Of a DNA stretch of 64,000 bases, positions 56,709 through 64,000 are shown in pieces. The stretch spans positions 283 to 64,282 of the forward strand of contig DATJWP010000104.1 of the NCBI GenBank assembly GCA_035578045.1, given 5' to 3'. The stretch is from Polyangia bacterium (GTDB lineage Bacteria; Myxococcota_A; Polyangia; Fen-1088). The first letter of the stretch is position 1. Each line of letters starts with the position of its first letter. The translations under genes were made by a program, and so were the position numbers. The notes beneath the pieces are model-generated. The model had not been told where the DNA came from and did no database searches. It saw only the letters and a program-made list of their open reading frames with translations.

Positions 56709-57436
56709 CAGTCGCGCTCCGGCGGAGCCCGTCGCACCGCCCGCACGCGCGCCCGCTCTTTCTCGAGATCCTTGGCGCTGCGCTCGAGGTTGTCGAGAAC
56801 GGCCTCGGCCTGCTGGCGGTCGTCACCGCCCTGCGGCTGGGGCTTTTGCGCGTCTTTCTGATCCTGCTTGTCGTCCTTCTTCTGCTGGTCCTTCTTCTGA
56901 TCCTGCTTGTCGTCCTTCTTCTGCTGGTCTTGTTTGTCGTCCTTCTTTTGCTGGTCCTTCTTCTGATCCTGCTTGTCGTCCTTCTTCTGGTCGTTCTTGT
57001 GCTTCTCTTCGTCTTCCCTCTGCTTCTTGAGCGCGATCTCCAGATTCCACTTGGCCTGCTTGTCGTCCGGGCGCAGCCCCAGCGCGCGCGTGTAGGCCCC
57101 CACCGCCTCCTTGAACTTCTCCTTCTTGAAGAGCGCGTTCCCCAGGTTGTAGAAGGCCGACTGCTTGAGCGCGGCGTCCTTTGCGTCGGTCGCGCGCAGG
57201 AACTCTTGCCCGGCCTCGTCGAAGCGCGACAGCGCGTACAGCGCGGCGCCCCGATCGAAATGGACGCCCGCGTCGGCCGGTAGCTTCTTCGCCGCCTTGT
57301 CGTAGTGCGCCAGCGCGTCGTCGGGCTTGCCGGCCTTGAGGGCCGCGTTCCCGGCCTCGATCTCGGGGTCGCGCTTCTCCAGCACGGCGAACCCGCAGAG
57401 CAAGGGCGCCAGCGCCAGCACCGCAAGAGCCCTCAC
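56705..57436 (-). CDS. batC: BatC-like TPR protein with a K/D/Q-rich C-terminal repeat
   Basis: From GTG 57436: (M)RALAVLALAPLLCGFAVL, then TPR repeats. An alternative ATG at 57637 (ATGA overlap with the batB stop) would translate the 48-bp repeat block. Confidence 0.65.
   Translation of the reverse strand: MRALAVLALAPLLCGFAVLEKRDPEIEAGNAALKAGKPDDALAHYDKAAKKLPADAGVHFDRGAALYALSRFDEAGQEFLRATDAKDAALKQSAFYNLGNALFKKEKFKEAVGAYTRALGLRPDDKQAKWNLEIALKKQREDEEKHKNDQKKDDKQDQKKDQQKKDDKQDQQKKDDKQDQKKDQQKKDDKQDQKDAQKPQPQGGDDRQQAEAVLDNLERSAKDLEKERARVRAVRRAPPERDW
56858..56995. repeat. about 3.5 tandem copies of a 39-nt coding repeat (KKDQQKKDDKQDQ)
   Basis: The unit CTGATCCTGCTTGTCGTCCTTCTTCTGCTGGTCCTTCTT is repeated from 56858. 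It lies within the batC 3' region. Confidence 0.8.
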
Positions 57437-57441
57437 CCCGG

Positions 57442-57608
57442 CCCTCTCCCGCAAGCGGGAGAGGGAGAAGGACCTCTCACCCCTCTGACCCCTCTCCCGC
57501 AAGCGGGAGAGGGAGAAGGACCTCTGACCCCTCTGACCCCTCTCTCGCAAGCGGGAGAGGGAGAAGGATCTCTCACCCCTCTGACCCCTCTCCCGCTTGC
57601 GGGAGAGG
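57442..57608. repeat. about 3.5 tandem copies of a 48-bp palindrome-containing REP-like unit
   Basis: Units start at 57442, 57490, 57538 and 57586. Each unit carries CCCTCTCCCGC-AA-GCGGGAGAGGG (11-bp arms). The last unit has TT in the loop. Confidence 0.9.
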
Positions 57609-57633
57609 CTGGGAGGGGGTCCGCCCCCTGCGC

Positions 57634-58662
57634 TCATGCGGCCTCCCTGGCCGGCTTGCGGCGCTCGCTCATGCAGGCCTCGCCGATCAGCAGCAGGAAA
57701 GCCACGAAGGCCGGCAGCTCGTAGATCTCGTCGTACTGGCGGACCACCCGGGCCTCGTTCTCGGTGTGCTGCAGGCCGGCCAGCGCACGCTCGACGTCCT
57801 CGACGCCGAAGCGCTTGCTGTCGGCGTGGAAGTACTCCCCGTTGGTCCGGCGGGCGATGTCGGTCAGCATGTCCTCGGCCAGCCGCGACGTGACGTAGTG
57901 ACCCTCGGCGTCCTTCACGTAGCCGGTGACCTTCCCCTGCTCGTCATACTCCGGGATCAGCTCGCCGGAGCGCGACCCGATGCCGACGGTGAAGATCTTC
58001 ACCCCCAGCTTCGAGGCCTCGTCGGCCATCTGCAACGGCTCGCTCTCGGTGTCCTCGCCGTCGGTGAGCAGCAGGATCGCCTGGCCGCGCGTCGCGCCCC
58101 CCTGGCCCCGCAGCGCCACCAGCTGGTCCAGCGCCGAGCGAAGCGCGCGGCCGATCGCGGTCCCACCCACCGGCATGTCCCAGGGGCCGAGATCCCGCCA
58201 GAACAGCTTCACCGCCGCGTAGTCGGTGGTCGGCGGATAGGTCAGCGGCTCGCCCGCGAAGGCGACCACGCCGATTCGATCGCCGCCCCGCGTGTCCAGC
58301 AGCTGCTCCAGCTCGCGCTTGGCGCGCTCCAGGCGCGAAGGGTAGACGTCGCGCGCCAGCATCGAACGCGAGAAATCCAGCGCCACCACCAGATCCAGCC
58401 CGCGCTGCTTGGCCAGCCGGGCCCGCCCGCCCGCCTGCGGCCGGGCCAGCGCCAGCGCGGCCAACCCGGTCGCCAGCACGAACAGGGCGGCGCGCGCCCA
58501 CTTGCGGGCCACCGACACCGTGGCGCTCATACGGGCCACCAGCTCGGGATCGCCCAGCCGGGCCAGCCGCCGGCGCCGGACGTCGAATCCCCAGAGGTAC
58601 GCGATCGCCGCCACCGGAACGGCGAGCAGCAGCCAGAGCGCGTGAGGGTTTCCGAAGCGCAT
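57634..58662 (-). CDS. batB: VWA-domain protein BatB-like
   Basis: 342 aa. N-terminal TMs, VWA MIDAS motif VVALDFSRSM and ILLLTDGEDT. Confidence 0.85.
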   Translation of the reverse strand: MRFGNPHALWLLLAVPVAAIAYLWGFDVRRRRLARLGDPELVARMSATVSVARKWARAALFVLATGLAALALARPQAGGRARLAKQRGLDLVVALDFSRSMLARDVYPSRLERAKRELEQLLDTRGGDRIGVVAFAGEPLTYPPTTDYAAVKLFWRDLGPWDMPVGGTAIGRALRSALDQLVALRGQGGATRGQAILLLTDGEDTESEPLQMADEASKLGVKIFTVGIGSRSGELIPEYDEQGKVTGYVKDAEGHYVTSRLAEDMLTDIARRTNGEYFHADSKRFGVEDVERALAGLQHTENEARVVRQYDEIYELPAFVAFLLLIGEACMSERRKPAREAA

Positions 58663-58664
58663 GC

Positions 58665-59732
58665 TCAGGGGATCCGTTGAAAGCGCGTCAGCCGCAGCGC
58701 CAGCTCGAGCAGCAGTAGCCCGAAGGCCGGCAGCAGGAAGCGCCGGTAGAGCTCCGTGTACAGCGTGCCCCGGTCGTGGATGCGTGACTTCTGCAGGTCC
58801 TCGAGGATCTTCTGGAACCGCTCCTGCAGGGCCCGCGTGTCGGTGGCCAGGTACGGCGTCCCGCCGGTCATCGAGGCGATCTGCTCGAGCAGCTTCGGGT
58901 TCACGGGCTGGCGCTGCTGGCCCGGGCCGCGCGCCTCGCCGTCGTCGTTACCGGCCAGGACCGTGTAGATCTTCACACCCAGCGTCTGCGCGTAGCGGGC
59001 CGCCTGCTCGGGCGAGATGTTGCCCGCGTTGTTCTCCCCGTCGGTCAGCACGATGATGACCTTGGACCGGGCGTCCGACTTGCGCAGGCGGTTCAGCGCC
59101 ACGCCGATACCGTTGCCGATGGCGGTCCCGCGCCCGTCGATGATCCCCAGGTGCAGCTCGGCCAGCATGCGCAGGAAGGTGCCGTGGTCCAGGGTCAGCG
59201 GGATGTCGGTGTAGGCGTCGCGCCCGAAGATCACCAGCCCGATTCGATCCGAGGGGCGGCGGCGCACGAAGTCCTGGATCACGAACTTGGCCGCCTCGAG
59301 CCGATTCGGGACCAGATCCGTCTCCTGCATCGAGCCCGAGAGATCGAGCGCGATCACGATGTCGATCCCCTCCAGCTCGAGGTCCTCGGTGATCGACGTG
59401 CTCTGCGGGCGCGCCAGCGCGACGCCCATCAGGGTGACGGCGGCCAGCCGCAGCACGGTGGGCAGATCGCGCAGCCGGGTCACCAGCCCCGGACGCTGGG
59501 CGGCCAGCTCGGCGGCCCGCGAGTAGGTGAACACCCCCCGGCGGCCCGGCGCGCGAGCCAGCCCGGCCCAGGCCACCAGCGCGACGGCCGGCGGGATCAG
59601 CGCCAGCGCGAACGGGTGGGCGAACCGGAACCCCTCGACGTCGCGCATGACCACGAAGTACGCGATCGCGATCGGCACGCAGACGATCGCGATCAGGGCG
59701 TAGGGGATCCGTCGCTCCTTCGTCTCAGGCAT
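58665..59732 (-). CDS. batA: VWA-domain protein BatA-like
   Basis: From ATG 59732: MPETKERRIPYALIAIVCVPIAIAYFVV..., VIALDLSGSM and IIVLTDGENN. The track N-terminal extension is R-rich. Confidence 0.85.
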   Translation of the reverse strand: MPETKERRIPYALIAIVCVPIAIAYFVVMRDVEGFRFAHPFALALIPPAVALVAWAGLARAPGRRGVFTYSRAAELAAQRPGLVTRLRDLPTVLRLAAVTLMGVALARPQSTSITEDLELEGIDIVIALDLSGSMQETDLVPNRLEAAKFVIQDFVRRRPSDRIGLVIFGRDAYTDIPLTLDHGTFLRMLAELHLGIIDGRGTAIGNGIGVALNRLRKSDARSKVIIVLTDGENNAGNISPEQAARYAQTLGVKIYTVLAGNDDGEARGPGQQRQPVNPKLLEQIASMTGGTPYLATDTRALQERFQKILEDLQKSRIHDRGTLYTELYRRFLLPAFGLLLLELALRLTRFQRIP

Positions 59733-60744
59733 GCGCGGCCTCCGACAGCCCGGTGCCGCCCACCGGCGCGGCGACCGGTCGGGTCGTCGAGACGATCCGG
59801 ATCGCGCTCTCCAGCGCGCCACGCGCCTCGGCCGCCGACGGCGAGATCTTGGCGAACTTCACCAGATCGCACCCGGCCAGCCAGCCCTCGACCTCGCTCA
59901 GCACCAGCTCGCGGCCGGAGTGCCGCCGCAGCTCCGCCATCAGCTCGTCGGTGGTCAGCTCCAGCGAATCGAACCCGTAGCGTCCGCCCAGGTACTCGCG
60001 GATCACCTCGGAGACGGCGAAGTAGAACGGCCGGTTGTCGGCGTTCTCCAGGAAACCGTAGGCCCCCAGCCGGTCCAGCTTCTCCAGCGCCACCTCGTGG
60101 GCGGGGCGGGGCGGCGGCCCCGGGCGGGCACCGCGCCGCGCGCGGATCCGGCGGACGATCAGCATCGTGACGAGCGCCCCCAGCGCGGCCGCGACCAGGC
60201 CGCCCGCGACGTACGCCGGCCAGAGGTTCTCGGTCATCACCGTGACCGGCGGCGCCGCGTCCTTCAACGCCGGTTCGGGCTCGTTGGCGATCAGGCTGGC
60301 GATCTTGATCGGGACCGGCGCGGTCCGCGCGGTGCGCACGTCCCCGCGCGGCCCCAGGTACGTGACCTCGATGGGCGGCAGGACCTTGGCCCCTGGCTCG
60401 TAGGCCGCCACGGCCAGCGTGTACAGGCGGCGGATCCGCCCGTCGCCCAGCGCCTGTTCGCTCTCCTTGCGGTCGAGGAGCGAGAACGGCCCCAGCTCCA
60501 GCGTCGACGGCAGGTTGACCGGCACGCTGCTCTTGGCGATCGCCACCACCTCGACGTGAACGGGATCGCCCACGTGCGCCTCGGCGCGATCGGCCCGGGC
60601 GGTCACCGTCGGCGCGTCGAGATCGGGCGCTTCGGGGGCGCTGGCGTCGGCCTGCGCGCGCGCGGCCCCGACCGCCACCGTGACCACCGCCAGGGAGGCG
60701 ACCGCCAACGACACGGCCAGCTCCAGCCGACTCCTTCGCCTCAA
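59725..60744 (-). CDS. membrane protein with a BatD-like N-terminal beta module and a DUF4381-like C-terminal part
   Basis: 339 aa. Signal, GDPVHVEVVAIAKSS beta module, TM segment (YVAGGLVAAALGALVTMLIV), and helical C-terminal part ...LAGCDLVKFAKISPS. Confidence 0.65.
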   Translation of the reverse strand: MRRRSRLELAVSLAVASLAVVTVAVGAARAQADASAPEAPDLDAPTVTARADRAEAHVGDPVHVEVVAIAKSSVPVNLPSTLELGPFSLLDRKESEQALGDGRIRRLYTLAVAAYEPGAKVLPPIEVTYLGPRGDVRTARTAPVPIKIASLIANEPEPALKDAAPPVTVMTENLWPAYVAGGLVAAALGALVTMLIVRRIRARRGARPGPPPRPAHEVALEKLDRLGAYGFLENADNRPFYFAVSEVIREYLGGRYGFDSLELTTDELMAELRRHSGRELVLSEVEGWLAGCDLVKFAKISPSAAEARGALESAIRIVSTTRPVAAPVGGTGLSEAAHA

Positions 60745-61625
60745 TGCCGCATCCTCCGGGCCCGCGACTCGAAGAACGAGGTCAGGGCGGGCAGGTACGG
60801 CTTGTCGGTCGACAGCTCGATCGGATCCATGGCCAGCCGCTTGAACAGCGTCGCCCGGGCCTCGCGCACCGCTCGTATCGATCGCGCGAAGGCCGCCGCC
60901 TCCGGGCCCCCCGTGTCGAAGACGATCGTCCCGCCGCTCTCGGGGTCCTGCATCTCGACCAGGCCGACGTTCGGCAGCCCTTGCTCCAGGGGGTCGCCGA
61001 TGACCACCGGGATCATGTCGTGCCGGCCGGCGGTGATGCGCAGCGCCCGCTCGTAGCTGGCGATGGGCGCCAGGAAGTCGGAGATCAGGAACGCCACAGC
61101 TCGCCGCCGCACCACGTGACTCAGGAACTCGAGCCCGGACGGCAGGGACGTGCGCCGGCTCTTCTCGCGGAACGACAGGATCTCGCTGACCACGCGCAGG
61201 ACGTGCCGCTTGCCCTTCTTGGGCGGCACGAACTTCTCGACCTCGTCGGTGAAGATGATCAGGCCCACCCGGTCGTTGTTGCGGATGGCCGAGAACGCCA
61301 GCACGGCCGCCAGCTCGGCGGCCAGGTCGCGCTTCTGCCGCACCCGCGAGCCGAACAGCCCCGAGGCGGACATGTCGCAGAGGAGCAGCACGGTCATCTC
61401 GCGCTCCTCGGTGAACAGCTTCACGTACGTGTCGTTCATGCGCGCCGACACGTTCCAGTCGATCAACCGGACGTCGTCGCCCGGGATGTACTGCCGCACC
61501 TCCGAGAACGCGATGCCCCGCCCCTTGAAGACCGAATGGTACTGCCCCGCCATCCGATCGCGCACCAGGCGCTCGGTGACGATCTCGATCTTGCGGATCC
61601 GCTTGAGGACTTCGCGCGGGAGCAT
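60741..61625 (-). CDS. DUF58-domain protein
   Basis: 294 aa. GQYHSVFKGRGIAFSEVRQYIPGDDVRLIDWNVSAR, the DUF58 signature that typically follows MoxR. Confidence 0.85.
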   Translation of the reverse strand: MLPREVLKRIRKIEIVTERLVRDRMAGQYHSVFKGRGIAFSEVRQYIPGDDVRLIDWNVSARMNDTYVKLFTEEREMTVLLLCDMSASGLFGSRVRQKRDLAAELAAVLAFSAIRNNDRVGLIIFTDEVEKFVPPKKGKRHVLRVVSEILSFREKSRRTSLPSGLEFLSHVVRRRAVAFLISDFLAPIASYERALRITAGRHDMIPVVIGDPLEQGLPNVGLVEMQDPESGGTIVFDTGGPEAAAFARSIRAVREARATLFKRLAMDPIELSTDKPYLPALTSFFESRARRMRH

Positions 61626-61629
61626 GGAG

Positions 61630-62613
<984 letters not shown>

Positions 62614-62725
62614 GTCTCCCTCGGTCGGTGGGTTGGCGGTGATCTGGCTCTTGCGCGGGCGCGCAGCTTACAACTCTGGGGGCGCCTAGGATATTTCCCC
62701 GTCATGTGCTAGCTAATCGGCCGCC

Positions 62726-62968
62726 ATGAGCCGTGATGCGACGCCAGTGGACCCCAAGCAGGCCCGCCTCTTCGACAAGCGGACCGTCGACCGCAACATC
62801 AAGAAGGGGCTGGTCACCCGCAAGGACTACGACAAGTACCTGAAGACCCTGGACGACGTCGCCGACAAGGGCGTCTACGGCAGCGCCGACACCAGGGGCG
62901 ACGACGAGCCCGCTCCGGCGGCGCCCCCTGCGGCCCCGCCCAGCCCGCTGGACGGCGAATCGCGCTGA
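62726..62968 (+). CDS. small hypothetical protein
   Basis: 80 aa, coding-like (KQARLFDKRTVDRNIKKGLVTRKDYDKYLKTLDD) with an acidic/Pro-rich tail. Confidence 0.5.
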   Translation: MSRDATPVDPKQARLFDKRTVDRNIKKGLVTRKDYDKYLKTLDDVADKGVYGSADTRGDDEPAPAAPPAAPPSPLDGESR

Positions 62969-63016
62969 TCGCTGCCGTCAGTTGAAACCGCGGCCGGGCG
63001 TGCATAACCTCCACGC

Positions 63017-63406
63017 ATGCCCAACGGCGACTCCAAACCCTCCGGCTTCACCGTGACCGATCGGCGGAGCCTGTCCGACCAGGGCAGCGCTCCCGCCTCT
63101 GACGCAACGAGGCCGCCTGCGGCCGAGGAGGACACCGCCTCGGCTGCCGCCGGTTTCCCACCGGTCGACTTTCATACCTTCGTGCTGTCGCTGGGCAGCT
63201 CGGCCTTGCTGCACCTGGGCGAGCTCGAGCACCCCGACGTGGGCGCGCCGCGGAAGGATCTGCCGCTGGCGAAGCACACCATCGACATCCTGGCGATGCT
63301 CGAGGAGAAGACGAAGGGCAACCTGACCTCGGCCGAGGAGAAGCTGATCGAGAGCCTGCTCTACGACCTCCGCCTGCGCTACGTCGAGGCGTCTCAGCCG
63401 AAGTAG
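63017..63406 (+). CDS. DUF1844-like protein
   Basis: 129 aa. FHTFVLSLGSSALLHLGE...AKHTIDILAMLEEKTKGNLTSAEEKLIESLLYDLRLRYV matches my recollection of the DUF1844 consensus. Confidence 0.65.
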   Translation: MPNGDSKPSGFTVTDRRSLSDQGSAPASDATRPPAAEEDTASAAAGFPPVDFHTFVLSLGSSALLHLGELEHPDVGAPRKDLPLAKHTIDILAMLEEKTKGNLTSAEEKLIESLLYDLRLRYVEASQPK

Positions 63407-64000
63407 CTGGTGTGCAGGATGTCCGACGCGATGTTGCACAGCGCGTGAAACGTCGCGCCGGCGGCGATGGAGCCGGTTCGGGCGCGCATCCAGCCGAAGA
63501 CCAGGGCGGGGAAAAAGACGGCCAGGCGCTGCGGGTTGGGGACCACCACCACGTGGCCCAGCGCGAACAGGGCCGACGAAACGATCAGCGCGGCGCCGAC
63601 CGGCGCGCCCAGCAGCCGGTGGGTCGGGGGCCAGACCTGCTCGAGCCGTTCCATCAGGTAGCCGCGGAAGAACAGCTCTTCGGGGACGGCGACCACCGCC
63701 AGCTGGCTCAGGGCCAGAACGGCGAAGCGAGGGGGCAGCCGCAGCTGGCCGCCGGCGACCCCCAGCCAGTGACGGCACAGGCCCCCGAAAAGGTGCGTCG
63801 CGGCATTCGGCGGGATCGTGCAGACGTGGCCGTAGAACAGGAAGAACCCGCCGGCGAACGCGGGCAGCGTGACGGCCGACAGGATCCCCACCACCGCCAG
63901 GTTCAGCCCGAGCGGATCGGCTCGTAGTCCAGCCTCGCGGTAGTCGAAGTCGCGCCCGGCCCGGCGCGCCGCCCAGGCCGGCGTGTAGATGAACAGCAGC
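63394..64000 (-). CDS. CPBP-family intramembrane glutamic endopeptidase (CAAX protease/Abi), 5' end beyond the window
   Basis: VAVPEELFFRGYL, FALGHV and TFHALCNIA motifs. The reading frame stays open upstream of the track start (GTG 63894) to position 64000, and still looks coding there (…LLFIYTPAWAARRAGRDFDYREAGLRADPLGLNLA). Confidence 0.75.
   Translation of the reverse strand, partial: LLFIYTPAWAARRAGRDFDYREAGLRADPLGLNLAVVGILSAVTLPAFAGGFFLFYGHVCTIPPNAATHLFGGLCRHWLGVAGGQLRLPPRFAVLALSQLAVVAVPEELFFRGYLMERLEQVWPPTHRLLGAPVGAALIVSSALFALGHVVVVPNPQRLAVFFPALVFGWMRARTGSIAAGATFHALCNIASDILHTSYFG

Overview
This is a high-GC (about 70%) bacterial chromosomal segment. Gene content suggests Myxococcota, but that is inference only: several eukaryote-like Ser/Thr kinases, FHA proteins, Pro-rich outer-membrane proteins and a MoxR/Bat operon. 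No rRNA, tRNA, CRISPR array, transposase or prophage gene was recognised. Most of the window is housekeeping. On the minus strand: gltB 5' end, thrC, a sugar ABC operon with an FAH-family hydrolase, pyc, lipB, lpdA, a 2-oxoacid dehydrogenase cluster, prmC and an 8-gene MoxR-DUF58-BatABCDE operon. On the plus strand: a fused aspartokinase/homoserine dehydrogenase, fpg, clpX and a DksA-like gene.

Five things stand out:
1. A low-GC (about 53%) two-gene island at 32.85-34.44 kb encodes a compact ABC/SMC-type ATPase plus a DUF4276-like protein with Toprim-like motifs. This is a split-OLD/PARIS-like candidate defence module and the best candidate for an undescribed system.
2. A translationally coupled array at 1.25-8.79 kb holds 3 full and 1 truncated paralogous lipoproteins followed by a TonB-dependent-receptor-like barrel. 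The 3' ends of the paralogs are homogenised.
3. Several palindromic or tandem repeat elements sit in odd places. Three 72-73 bp units lie in the thrC/thrA divergent spacer. A hairpin-bearing in-frame insert lies inside the aspartokinase gene. About 3.5 units of 48 bp lie at the batB/batC junction.
4. An MNT/HepT-like pair has substitutions at both catalytic motifs.
5. A 2-oxoacid dehydrogenase cluster has gene order beta-E2-alpha, and its E1-alpha lacks a recognisable TPP motif.

Many long ORFs in the supplied track are antisense artefacts of high GC. Two likely genes are absent from the track: gltB, which runs off the window edge, and a 50-aa membrane ORF. All homology calls come from reading the translations by eye. 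No searches were run.
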